Of a DNA stretch of 64,000 nt, positions 48,895 to 62,997 are shown piece by piece (positions within the stretch are counted from its first letter, which is position 1; every line of letters starts with the position of its first letter). This DNA is from Octopus sinensis (lineage: Eukaryota): contig NC_043020.1 of NCBI RefSeq assembly GCF_006345805.1, positions 29,884,001-29,948,000 of the forward strand, given 5' to 3'. Both the position numbers and the translations under genes were made by a program. A model generated the notes under the pieces. The model did not search any database. It was not told the DNA's origin and saw nothing but the letters and a program-made list of their open reading frames with translations.

Positions 48895-49048
48895 AAGACG
48901 GGAAGGATGACTTCCCTTGCAAATACTGACAGGACACAGATAGTGTGTCTATGGCCAGCTGGAGGAGTGTGTCCTCCTGGGGCTAAAAACTACACAGTAG
49001 CATCCACCCTTAGGGGTTAGCCATATTGAAATGGCAAAAAATACGTCA

Positions 49049-49097
<49 letters not shown>

Positions 49098-49111
49098 ATA
49101 TATATATATTG

Positions 49112-49147
<36 letters not shown>

Positions 49148-49337
49148 ACACACACATACATACTCACACACATATACATATAATTGTGTATTCGCACCTC
49201 TGAATAAGATTTATGAACTCATTACTCGATAGATAAGAACAGATTTTCAGAAGATAATTTCTGGGGCCGTCCTTCATTTAACGCATTTGAAAGGAAGACT
49301 AGAAAGAGTACTTTCTATTGAAATCTCAGTGTGTGCG

Positions 49338-49384
<47 letters not shown>

Positions 49385-49994
49385 GCAAGCTGACTTTTGT
49401 AGCTTGATGCTTCGCTGCGCCTGAGTTGGGGACAGAATGTGGGCGTTTCACGCTTGACGCCTTCCTTATAAGTCAGCCCTTTATGAAGCCCGTTTGCAAG
49501 GGTGTCTTGTCTGGGTGTCAGTGCATGACATTCTCGGGTGGGGAGCTCCGTACTGCGTTTGACAGGCGGATGTCAAGAGAGACAAGCAGCCAAAATACAC
49601 AATGGAGGTGTGGGGCAGTACACACCCGCCATGGTCCTTCATCACCACCAGAACCACCACCACCACCACCACAACGACGACGACGACCACCACCACCACC
49701 GCCACTACCACAACGACCACCGCCGCCGCCGCCGCCACCACGAGGGCATTGTGTAGGGAAGATTTTACAGATAAATTACTCTTGGCGAACTAAAAAATAC
49801 CCGTGTGTGTGTGTGTGTGATTTGTTGGATGGGAGAGGTAGGAGGGTTGGATAAAGGTGGTGGTGGTGGTGGTGGTGGTTGTGGTGGTGCTGGCAGTGAG
49901 ATGGGGGGGGAGATTCAGTCAGCAACAGAACTGTCACAACATAGTATAGCACTAGACTGCTATAGTAATTGACCATGCCCCCCCCACTACCACC

Positions 49995-50026
<32 letters not shown>

Positions 50027-50404
50027 CAACAACAACACTAATACCATCTCCACTGACGCCACCTCTTGTTTTTAAAGGAAGCTGGGGGGAAGTGATTCGA
50101 AGGAAACCTGTCTGTTATTTTTAGCAGGACTAATGGTTGCAAAGAAGTGCTCCCCAGTGGCTCGTGAGACCCTTAACTGGTTTCGGCTACCGGACACTAT
50201 GTGAACGCCATTGTAGTTATGAGGAAGTGGTGGTGGTGGTGGCGAGGAGAGGGCAGAGTCAATAAAGAAAGTCCATCACCGTCAGCCAAGGCTGCTTTGA
50301 CAAATTACTAATCAACGATTGTATATCAAAGATGTTTATTGCTCAGACTTTTATAGACAGACATTTACACCGTTGGGGTTGTAAAGAGTTGTAGAGATTT
50401 ATAT

Positions 50405-50918
50405 CAATGGTTCTTAACCTTTTTTTTATACTTATGGACCCCTTCGATTCCTAGTTTACACCCCAGGACCTCCATAGCCATTCCATGTTTATATATATAT
50501 ATATATATATCAAAAGGAAAAGATCTATAAGGCCTTCTATCTATAAATGCTCTAATATCTATACAGCTTTGGTGTTTTATCTTATTACGCAAAAAATTCT
50601 TATATACACACGCTGACATAGAACCAACGTTGAACCCCTTATTCTCAAAATTACCGAATCTGGAACTTAACTATGGTCTGTCTATAGCACTTATCCAGCA
50701 TTACCTGACAGCCCTGGGTTTCAATGACACCATTATCTCTTATATATTATATATATAAAAGTCCTGTTGTATTTTTATGATAAAATATTTTTAGGAATTG
50801 GATAAGAAAATAACTAAAATATTTTCTGTATTGTAGAACTAAAACCAATTTGTTGGACAAATTCTAACAACGAAGTCTTACCCCCAGGGGCTATATGGGC
50901 CCCGGTTGAGAGCCACCG
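50405..50918. mobile_element. hAT-like MITE
   Basis: Ends CAATGGTTCTTAACC / GGTTGAGAGCCACCG; degenerate 8-bp flanks ATTTATAT / ATCTGTAC. Confidence 0.55.
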
Positions 50919-51760
50919 ATCTGTACTGGACCCTGTTCGGTCATGAAAGACCATAGGATTACTACCCACAAGGGGCTAAACATAGAGGAGATAAACAAGG
51001 ACAGACAGACGGATTAAGTCGATTATATCGACCCCAGTGCGTAACTGGTACTTAATTTATCGACCCCGAAAGGATGAAAGACAAAGTCGACCTCGGCGGA
51101 ATTTGAACTCAAAACGTAACGGCAGACGAAATACGACTACGCATTTCGCCCGGCGTGCTAACGTTTCTGACACTAAGCCACCTTAACCAGAAGAAATATT
51201 TATTTCTTTATTGCCCACATGGGGGCTAAACATAGAGGGGACATACAAGGACAGACAAAGAGTTTAAGTCGATTACATCGACCCCCGTGGGTAACTGGCA
51301 CTTATTTAATCGATCCCGAAAGGATGAAAGGCAAAGTCGACCTTGGCGGAATTTGAACCAGAAGAAATATTGCAACGAATCTGGCCGTCTACTACCTCCA
51401 TACTACAGGATGTCCAATATATTTAATAACTTTGCATTAACTATTTTCAAACCAACGCATATCCTACACAGACTATGCTGCAAGAAAACGTGTATGTCAC
51501 GGCAGGAAACGCTTTGGTCTGAGGTCTGTTCAATCCGAGGCGAAGCGAAACCAACTGATTCTGCACCAAACTCGCTCAACAGAAGAGAACCTTTTTATAT
51601 ACGGGAATATGGGAGTGAACTAAACACAGTAAAGGACTTCACTCAGCTGAGACTATCTCTGCGATTATAGACATAAACTCCTTCAGGGGAGACTGGGGTG
51701 TAGAGTACCATGAACAGAATATGTTGTGGAGTATCCCAATCTCCCACAAAAAAACGTTGT

Positions 51761-51795
<35 letters not shown>

Positions 51796-51963
51796 GCACA
51801 GGCATGGCTGTGTGGTAAGACGCTTGCTACCCAAGCACATGGTTCCAGGTTCAGTCCCATTGCGTGGCACCTTGGTCAAATGTCTTCTATTATAGCCTCG
51901 AGTTGTCCAAAGCCTTGTGAGTGGATTTGGTCGACAGAAACCGAAAGAAGCTCGTCGTATATA

Positions 51964-53061
51964 TTGGGTCATCCCATAAATAATGCGGTTTTTTAATACT
52001 TCTTTTATTTTTCAAAATTACGATAAAGTTCTTTTTTAATCTAAAATATGCTCTCCTTCATTTTCTACAATGCCCTTCCATCCATCTGGTAGACTTGCAA
52101 GGCCCCTCTTCCAAAATTCACTTGTCCGTGACAAAAAATACTCCTCCAGTAGTGTTCTGACTTCGTCTACAGAATTCATATTTTTTACGTCCAAATGATT
52201 TTGAAGACTGTGGAATAAATAAATGATAATCAGATGGGGCAATGTCCTGTGAATATATGGTGGGTGGGGGCGTCGTTTCCCATTCAAACTGCTCCAGCCT
52301 TTGGAATGTCATCCTCGCTGTATGTGGTCAAACATTATCCTGGTGGAAAAACACTTCGTCTTCAAACCAAAGGTGTTTCTCCTTTCTCTACCCACTGTCT
52401 TCGGCACTTGACATTTTTATAGAGAACCCATTTCTCGTCACCAGTCACTATTCGGTCCAAAAAAGGTCCACTGATGAGACGCGACAGCAAAGAAGAGCAT
52501 ACATTCACTCTCTGCGCGCGATTAGACTCGGAAAGTTTGTGAGGAACCTATTGACCCAATTTGTTGACTTTTCCGATGGCACGCAAGTGTCAATGAATGA
52601 TTGAACGACCAAATCCAAGCTTCTCTGCTAGTTCCTCAACAATTTGGATGGGATTTTGTTCCAACACGGTTTGCAGGACGTCCTCGTCGAGCTCTACAGA
52701 TCTTCAGGGCAAGGCTCGTCTTCTAGGCTGTAGTTTCCAGCACCGTTGACACTGGCCTACGCTTATTGTCCGATCCCCATTTACTGCATTAATATTCCTC
52801 GCACTTTCCGTAGCGTTGTTGCCTTTATTAAACGCAGAAAGCAAAATTTGCTAAAATTTGCTCCTTTGCCACTTCCGTTATAGCTTTGAAAAAATAACAG
52901 TTAAAATTGAACTGCACTCTTCAAAACTTGCACTAAGAATAAGCACAAGGTAAAATTACTTTCTGCATTTATAGCAAGTTGATGCAGGTAGTTTATCCCG
53001 AACCCCTCCGACTTTTAGTTCATGCAACTGAAAAAACCGCATTATTTATGGGATAGCCCAA
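51964..53061 (-). mobile_element. Mariner-family DNA transposon, frameshifted / internally deleted
   Basis: About 29-bp TIRs TTGGGTCATCCCATAAATAATGCGGTTTT / AAAACCGCATTATTTATGGGATAGCCCAA, TA duplications at 51962-63 and 53062-63; minus-strand fragments YSQDIAPSDYHLF and EFWKRGLASLPDGWKGIVENEGEHILD match the mariner YSPDLAPSDYHLF motif and C-terminus. Confidence 0.92.
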
Positions 53062-54074
53062 TATGTGTGTGTGTCTGTCTGTATTTGTCCCTCCATCACC
53101 GCTTGCCAACCAGTGTTGGTATGTTTACGTCCCTGTAACGTAGCTGTTCGGCAAAAGAAACCGATAGAATAAAAACTACGCTTAAAAAGTAAATCCTCGG
53201 GTCGAGTTCGACTGAAATCCTTCAAAGCGGGGCTCCAGCATGGCCGCAGTCAAATGACTGAAACAAATAAAAGAATAAAAGAATATATACACGCATACGT
53301 GTGTGTATGTGTAGATACAAATCTACATAATATATGTATATATATATATATATACATACATGTATATCTATCTATATATACATATACATATATAAACATA
53401 AATACATAGATACATATATATGTCAATGTGTGTATGTATATGTGTATGTGTTTGTAATCTACACACACACACATACACACGTCACACACGTCACACGCAC
53501 AGTCCCCCCTTTTTTCCCCTCCTCGGCTCGATGTAAGAGTCTCTTTTGAAGTCCAACTCTTTCCATACCCGATTAAACTTTTAAGATTCTCTTCCATCAC
53601 GTCGTCCTTCCTAGCAACTCTGATATTTTTCTGTTTCAAGTGAACGGACGACCACGACGACCATTTGCCTCTGCTGACCATCCCGGCGGCCTTGCTTGAC
53701 CCTGCACCTTGCAGTCACTTCACATGGAAAGAGAGAGAAAAAAACAAACAAAAAACAAAAAGCAAAAAGCAAAAACAAAACAAAGCCTTGCTCAACCCAC
53801 ACAGCATACGTAAAAAAAGGGGCTGGGCGGTGGTTGTGTAGGGGTTTGTGGCCGGGGTGGGAGATCATAGGAAGGTCTCAGCCATAATTCACAAGGGAAT
53901 TTCACTAAAAAAAGGCAATGGGTCTTTTACTGTTATTGTGCATAAATGTATGTATGGGTGTATGTATGGGTCTATGTATAGGTATGCGTGTGTGTGTGTG
54001 TGCGTGTATATATATATATTATATATGTATATATGTGTGTGTGTGTTTATGTAAATATATATATATATATATAT

Positions 54075-54110
<36 letters not shown>

Positions 54111-55765
54111 TAAATCATATTTATACACACACTCATAAATATATATATATATATATATATTTATAATTACATATATGTATATGTATACGTATATATGGGT
54201 GCGTGTTTGTGTATGGTGCGTGTGTATATACTTACAAACCTATAAACACACATATACACTCACACACACACACACATCTGTATGTATGCGTGTATGTCTA
54301 TGTGTTTGTATATGTGTGTATATATATTTATATATATATATACACATATATATGTATTTATTCATGTATGCATACGTATGTGTATACACACGCACACGCA
54401 CACGCACACACAATCATAGATAATGCTATATATATGATAGTGGAAAACATTGGAGGGGGGGGGGCAGAGTCGATTTAATTTCACGGCAGCACTTGATTGC
54501 TTTTTTATTTTATTGACCTCGGAAACATGAAAGGGAACGACATCGGTAGGATTTGAACTCAAGATCTTAGGAGGCGGAAGCGGAGGAGTTGACGGTAAGT
54601 TAATTAGTCGCTTTAGTTAATTAGTCTCACAAAACTTTATATTTTAGATTTTACTTGCTTCAGTCATTGTACTGCGCCCATGCTGGGGCACCGCCTTCAA
54701 GGGTTTTCGTTGAACAAATCGATACAAGTTCTTTCTTTTTTGTCTTTTTTGTCTTTCAAAGACTTCTACTTATTCTATCAGTGTCTGCAAATTCTTGCAC
54801 TTTCCATTGTTCCACTTCGGAAGTTTTTAATGACGATATATTAAAGTTGGGTCACCAAAACAGCGCTGGATGGTCTGAAAGTTTTATATGGTCTGAAGAT
54901 TTTGTGCAGTATGAAAGCTGTGATCTCTGTCATAAAATGACAATGTTTGGCACAAGCATTTATATCTTAAACTAGCAAAAGTCAATCTTTTTACTATTTT
55001 ATTGGAATAGTTTTCCGAACCATATAGACTCACAGGGACCGGTTTGCCGGTTTCTGTGGCGTATATATTCCCCCTTGATGGGACGTTGGTCTGTTGCAGG
55101 ACTATTTATCTTCACCAGCTGAGTGGACAGGAGCAACGTGACATGACTTGCTTTGCTCAACAACATAATGCATCGTTCGGCCCAAGAATCGAAACCATAA
55201 TCTTACAATCATGAGTGGAACACGCTAACCGCTAAGCTACGCACCTCCACTTCTTATTGGGTAATAGATACTTATATTACTCGTATCTATAATAAAGATG
55301 TGTTCAGTCGCTGGAAGTGTTTTTGCTTTCTCCATTACAAATCATTGTATCTTATAACGAACACTAGGTCCTGTTTATCTTCCCTTTTAATTGATCACAT
55401 ACCAAGCATCGATTTAGACTTTCGTACTCACAAAACAGGACTAAAACAGGCCACTAGACTCTTGAGAGTTAAGGAGACCTCCATCTTTTTAGAATTGAGA
55501 CAGAACGCCATCTTCTCAAGGCTTAGAAAAAGTCCCTACTCCCTCAAGACTTAGATTGGCGATCCTTCTACGTCTAAGACAAACCACCACCACCTCAATA
55601 TTTAGACAGGTCTTCTACTATAACTTTGGGCAAACCAAAGTCTTGTGTGTGGATTTGGAATACGAAATTGAAAGAAGTCCGCCATATATATATATATTCA
55701 TATATAATGTGTGTTGTGCGTATATAATATATATTCATCATATATATATATATGTATTATATAAT

Positions 55766-55811
<46 letters not shown>

Positions 55812-57816
55812 TATATAATATATAATATATATATATATTCAATATATATATATGTGTGTGGTGGGTGCATATATATATACATATATATATACATATATAT
55901 GTGTGTATGTGCATATATGTATGTATATGCGTCTGTGTGTGTAGTGTGTGTGAGTATGTTTGTCCCACACCACCGCTTGGCAACCGGTGTTGGTGTGTTT
56001 ACATCCTCGTAACTCAGCGGTTTGGCAAAATAACCGACAGAATAAATACCAGGCTTTTATAAAGAAGCACTGGGTTCGATTCGTTCGACTAAAATTCTTG
56101 GAAACGGTGCCCCAGCATGGCCGCAATCCAATGACTGAAACAAGTAAAAGTTAAAAGGTGAAGGGTGAGCGCTATTTCCTCAACACTGAGCTGGGCCCCT
56201 TAAGGGACCTCATACACTTATGGATGAAGACAAACCATAATTCTCTCAGTATTGAGACAGAGTCACCAATCTCTGAAAGAAAGAGAGAAAGTCACCATTT
56301 TCTCTAGACGTAGGCAAAGCAATCTCTCAAGACTTAAACAAAGTACCATTCTCTCAAGACTGAGACAGGTCATCGTCCTACCGGAAACGAAAACAAATCA
56401 GAAACAGAAAAAATTAACAGACGACAGCAAAAAACAATTAAAAAAAGAAAAGAAAAAAGAGAGAGAAAGAAGACGAAAGTGAGAAAAGAGCTTTTAAAGA
56501 TTATTGTAAATTGTTTTTGGTTATCGTTTATTAGTTGGAGAGGCGTGAAATGGTAGAGAAATAATCTGTTTCTCAGCGGTTCTTCACCGGACACTGTTAC
56601 CCGCCACGGGTGTCATAAACAAACAAACAAACAAACAAAAAGTCGGCAAGAAAAACATAATTACGGTGACCGAAGACTGGAAGGAAGTGGAAATTCTTCT
56701 TAAATGGCCAAGACATGCGATATTCTTTCGCTCTTTGTCTTCTTCGTGTCGTGTTTGTTTGCGAAGCGAAGCGATGGACCCCCAGCATTTACTCCTTAAA
56801 CTGGCTCCCCTCCTGCCCCCGTCACCCGATCTTTACCCCTTTTCGGGCAGTGTTCGGTTTTAGATCGTGTAACTAAATTCCCATGTTTCTTTCTATTCTA
56901 AACATTAGGGTTCCCATTTCATTCTTGTTTTCCTTTCGTTAAGGGCTTCACTAATATAATGGGAATAGTAAAGGGGTGAATATATAAACAAACAGAGAGG
57001 AGGTAAGAGAGAGAGGGAGAGAGAGTGACAGACAGAGACAGACAGAGACAGAGAGAAAGGAGGAAAGGGACAGCGAGAGGAACGGAGCGAGAGGCAGAGG
57101 GACAGACAGAAAGAGAGAAAGAGAGCGAGAGAGAAGTAGAAAGTATAGGACCGAGAGAGAGAGAGAGAGAGAGAGTGGGAGGGAAAGAGAGCGCGGAATC
57201 AAGAGAGGGGGGGGGAAATTCTTTGAAGCAGCGTTCTCGATATGGAGTCGTGGACCTCCATCGTTCAACAATGAGGATCCAGTTGTACATTCAACTGAAT
57301 TACCTCCCCTTGAATGCACGAGTAAGTGGCTGAGTATTCCATAGACACACTGGTGCTATCATGTAATTCTTAGGACAGAATCTGCATGACATAATTTGGA
57401 ACAAGCATTCTAACTGATGGGCTTCAGTACAGTTTCCATCCACCATATTTCAATCCACAAAATTGTAAGTTGACTTGACACTATAGAGAATGGCATTTGC
57501 TCCATCTGTCTCGTAGCAGAATCGAACCCGTGACCATATGGTTGTGAAGCAGACTTATAAACCATTCGGCCAGACTGCACCTGCATGTGGGGCTATAAAC
57601 GCAATGGAGTGCAACTTACTCTGCCAAACTTACCCGAGGCCCAGCCGTCGGAGCCAAGTTCCTGTGCAGAAACTTCACAAGTCAAGGGTAGTTGGAATGG
57701 AAGGCATTTTCTATCGATTGCTACATCGAACTTCTTCAGTGCTCACCACTCGTCTGTATTGTTCCACAGAAGTGGCGAAATGCAATTGCCAAACCAGTGA
57801 GTGGGCACAAAAGTTC

Positions 57817-57906
<90 letters not shown>

Positions 57907-58524
57907 TTCTGATTTAGGCACAATACCAGTAATTTTGAGGAGAGGGTGTTTGCTGATGTTATCAAACCTCAATACTCGGTCGGTACTTATTTTATCGACA
58001 CGGAAAGAATAAAAGACGGGGGCCCAGCGAGATTTAAACTAGGAACGCAAAGAGCGATGATGACGATGATGATGATGGTGATGACGACGACGACGATGAC
58101 GACGATGACGACGGCGATGTTGATGATGATGATGATGATGATTCCTCTTTTCATCAGATTTCAATTTTGCTTTTTGATTTTTCGCCAGCATAAAAGTGAA
58201 ATTTATACGGTTTATGTTTTCCATATATCAAAATATCAAAATGAAAATATTGCCTTTGTAAACATCACAAACCACTACACTTTACACACATACTCCCCCC
58301 TCCCCCTCCCTATCTCCCCCCTCTCTCTCTCTCTCTCTCTTACACACGCATACATACGGAACATTTCCGCAAAGCTCTGTATGAAAGACCACTTTCGACT
58401 CTGATCAGCGAGAAGGGTTTCCAAGAGGGGTTTTTGCCTCGCTTCTTAAATTGTCACTCACGAAAAGTTTTAATCAGGTGTAAAAACGAAAAAAAAAAAA
58501 TGCGAGAAATCAAATATACCTTAA

Positions 58525-58551
58525 TAATTAATAATAATAATAAGAATAATA

Positions 58552-58625
<74 letters not shown>

Positions 58626-58631
58626 GAATAA

Positions 58632-58671
<40 letters not shown>

Positions 58672-58718
58672 TGATAATAATAATAATAAATAATAAATAA
58701 TAATAAATAATAATAATA

Positions 58719-58773
<55 letters not shown>

Positions 58774-58847
58774 TAATAATAATAATAATAATGATATGAA
58801 TAATGATAATGATAATAATATAATAATAATAATAATAATAATAATTA

Positions 58848-58878
<31 letters not shown>

Positions 58879-58922
58879 ATAAATAATATAATAAATAATA
58901 ATAATAATAATAAATAATAATA

Positions 58923-58995
<73 letters not shown>
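58525..58995. repeat. About 470-bp interrupted (AAT)n microsatellite
   Basis: Direct reading. Confidence 0.95.
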
Positions 58996-58996
<1 letters not shown>

Positions 58997-59267
58997 GAAA
59001 ACCGTTAATAAAAATTAATGAAAAATAAAAATTACGAACGGTTTGCCCTCCTCTGTCCTTTCAACTGTAAATTAAATATAAAACATTAATAAATAACCAG
59101 AAAATAAAATAAGGGCTAAAATAAGGGCAGACACCTTCTCCCTTCTTTTAAGTGAAAGTTATTTTATTCAGATTTGGTACAAATAAGCTAAATCATCTCT
59201 TTTTTTGCCGGCTTTTGATAAATTCTTAAATGAACTCAGTTGACCTAGGATTTTATATATATATATG

Positions 59268-59299
<32 letters not shown>

Positions 59300-59482
59300 T
59301 GTATGTACGTACGTATGTATGTAGTATATATATATATATATATATAATGTATGTGTATATATATATATATATATAAACACACACACATATATATACACAT
59401 ATATACATACACACATATAACACACACACACACATAGATATATGTATAAATATGCATGTATGTATATATATGTATATATATG

Positions 59483-59515
<33 letters not shown>

Positions 59516-59517
59516 GG

Positions 59518-59549
<32 letters not shown>

Positions 59550-59874
59550 ATATGTACGTATGTATGTAGGTATGTACGTATGTATCTATAGATCTATATC
59601 TATAACTATATATATGTAAGATAGATAGATGGATATAGATACACACACACATATAGTTTAATCAGTTTTATCAGCGTTGTACTCCATCACTGGTTAAGAA
59701 GATCTGGAAATAGGTTTTGCGATAAAATAATCTTTTTCTCATGTATGTTCATACATGCGCGTACGCGCACACTCACAAACGCGTGCGCGCACACGCACTC
59801 GCACATGCACTGGCATATGTGTTAGATATATATAATATATATTATGATATTATGTAAAATATATATATAATATA

Positions 59875-59951
<77 letters not shown>

Positions 59952-60929
59952 CTATATATATATATATATATACCACTCCGCAAAAAATCTCAAATTTAAT
60001 TAATTTGATTTTCGCGGGAAGGAAATTTCATTGAAGTCATGTATCGCCTTGACCTTCGAAACGTGGAGTAGATGAAATTAAGGCGACTGAAGAAGGGGAA
60101 TTCCTTGTGTTGTATGTCCTGTACGTTGTTTAAAAATATGCCCATTTCCTTGGTTTTGTATTTATGTTTTGTTTCTCATTGTGTTCGACGTTTTTTGTTG
60201 TCCTGTACTATATATGCATGTATATATACATGTAGAGGTAGGTACGTACGTATATGTGTGTATATGCATGTTTTATTTATTTATTAATTTATTATATATA
60301 TATAATATATATATTATATATATATATATATTATATATAAAGAAAGGGAGAGAGAGCGAGAATATGAAGGGTTTGGCTCGCTTGTGATCTAAACCAATAG
60401 GCTCAGTGGGTAAGTGCTATGGTTGGTCGATCATTAGATTCCAAGATCACACCTAAGGCTGGATCTCGGGATCCGTGTTTGGGTTCTGTTATAGCACGTA
60501 TATATTATATAAGAGGAAGAACCAAAACCAAGGCAGAACGAGTTTCTCAAGTCATTTAGAATAATTTAATTAAGGTAAGGTGAATTTGAAGTCTTTACAG
60601 CTGTTTCTGGGATAACCCAAGTGGTTGGTTATCATGTGTACCGAGTTTTGGCTGCCATGTTGTTTGTATGGCCGTCTGTTATATGTGCAAACGGACATAT
60701 GACAATATGGCAGCCAAAACTCAGGATCTTTAGCGAGACACAACTTTATGTATGGATGTACCCGATGAGACCCAGACTGCAAAATGGATGCAAAACAACA
60801 TGTTGAACGGAATCCCACCCGTAAGGGACAATGGCAGGATGGGTTGAAACGACTGTTGTATAAAATAAAGATTTATATCAAATCCATTTTCTGGTTACTT
60901 AAGAAATTATTATTATTATTATTATTATT

Positions 60930-61476
60930 GAGTGAGAGAGCAGTTCATGCCATCAAAGTGACACTGGGGTAAAATATACGAAGCCCAATATACCCATCAT
61001 GACTACTCGTCTGATAAGGGTACACCAGGCACATGCATCACAACCATATGAGCGCGACATGGTAATTTCATATCAAGATAAACAGCACATGACCTTGCAG
61101 GTGGGGCCCAGTTAGAATTTTCTTCAGGTTGAGTAGCCCATCCCGCTCAAAAGGTCCCCGAATAAGGGTTGTTTAAGGATGTTGAAAAAACACCCATGTT
61201 CCAAAGGTGAATTATTCAAACCCCAAAGAATCCCCCTCAACACAGCTATGATGCTCCCCACTACTTCTGCTCGTGATCAGAGATGCATATATCGTCAGCC
61301 ACTAGGGGACACTCAACTGGTTAAGGTCAAACAACTGACAAGTAAATCTGTGGTATTGAGCAGAATATTTGCTGTAGCCATCTTTTATACCAAGACAAAA
61401 CAATGTACATGATGACACTTCCAATCAGTTAAGATCAGAAGCCAGGAGAGTCATGCCTGGTACTGCATCAGGGCTA
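60930..61476. mobile_element. Non-coding dispersed element embedded in (TTA)n
   Basis: Sharp GC-richer block from agtgagagagcagttcatgcc to cctggtactgcatcagggc with (TTA)n on both sides; recognised as a recurrent octopus repeat from memory only. Confidence 0.45.
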
Positions 61477-61484
61477 TATTATTA

Positions 61485-61502
61485 TATTATGCATTATTAT
61501 TT

Positions 61503-61599
<97 letters not shown>

Positions 61600-61801
61600 G
61601 TATATTATTTTTTATTGTTATTATTGTTATTATTGTATATTGTTATTATTATTGTTATTGTTATTGTTATTGTGTTATTGTGTTGTTGTTGTTGTTGTTG
61701 TTGTTTGTTGTTGTTGTTATGTATTATGTTGTTGTTGTTGTTATATTATGTTGTTGTTATTATTATTATCATAATCATCATCATCACATCATCATCATCA
61801 T

Positions 61802-61836
<35 letters not shown>

Positions 61837-61905
61837 ATATCATCATCATTATTTATTATTATTATTATATTATTATTATTATTTTATTATTATTATCATC
61901 ATCTC
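61485..61905. repeat. Compound trinucleotide array (TAT)n-(TGT)n-(CAT)n-(TAT)n
   Basis: Direct reading. Confidence 0.95.
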
Positions 61906-62067
61906 AACTAACACTGCAGAGTTCCTGAAGAAGATTCAACAGAGTTTTAGCCCAACTGCGGATGAAACCAGGCAACCCAAACATGCCAGTGTTTTACTCA
62001 ACACTTCAACACACTAATCAGCATATACCCATTAGTCCCAAATATTTAATGTATATATATATATATA

Positions 62068-62129
<62 letters not shown>

Positions 62130-62199
62130 TGGCTTTATTATCTTGAAGAGATAAGCGCTAATAAAGAATTATCCAAAATTCTGACTGCCTCCTCTTTAT

Positions 62200-62246
<47 letters not shown>

Positions 62247-62429
62247 AGAAGGGAACCAAAACAATAAACTAAACAATGAGATAATTTAATCATTAAATGA
62301 TTAATTCAGTTTTATTATTTTATGCAAACAAATGACACATCTCATAAATTACAGCTGTTTCGACACCATTAATAAAAACAAGTCTTTCAAGAATAATCAA
62401 ATATCGTTAAATATAATGAGGTTCATCAG

Positions 62430-62490
<61 letters not shown>

Positions 62491-62997
62491 TATATATATA
62501 TAATATATGATATTTAAACCTTTCTGTATCTTTGATAACATTGGTTCTGTTGAATTGAAGAACTCTGGTTGTTTATCCATTCACATGTCTACCAAAGGTT
62601 TTATGAAAATTCAGGCATGCTTCAACGACGTCGTTTCGCGTTACGTCCTTTTGGACTTCGTTTCTTTTTTAAAAAGAAATTAATAGGATAAATAAACCTC
62701 AACTTCAGTCGATTTACCCCAATTTACATCGGTCTCAGCTAACATATTTAGAACTAAAATTTTTTTTTTAAAAACTCATCCCCAAACCAATAATAAAATG
62801 GAAAATCAAATGAAACGCAAATGAAAACCATTTATTAAAACTTATCTGTTTGTATCACGTGACCGATGTGGGTCTGGATCTAAACTGATTTTAAAAGTGC
62901 AAAATCGATACAAATTTAACCGCCAAAGTAGAAAGTAATCTGCAACGAAAGAAAATCAAAACCGTTAGAATGTAAAAAGATATATTTTACCATAAAA

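Larger units (their letters stand above)
48339..49051. mobile_element. Retrozyme-like / Penelope-associated non-autonomous element: 349-bp unit plus 97-bp terminal redundancy plus head-to-head inverted partial copy
   Basis: Direct repeat 48339-48435 = 48688-48785; inverted arms 48378-48641 / 48785-49051; one hammerhead in each arm; (TA)n on both flanks. Confidence 0.7.

Noticed and set aside
61925-61975. CTGAAGA...GAAA
   Set aside because: No stem II pairing and no NUH cleavage triplet after stem III.
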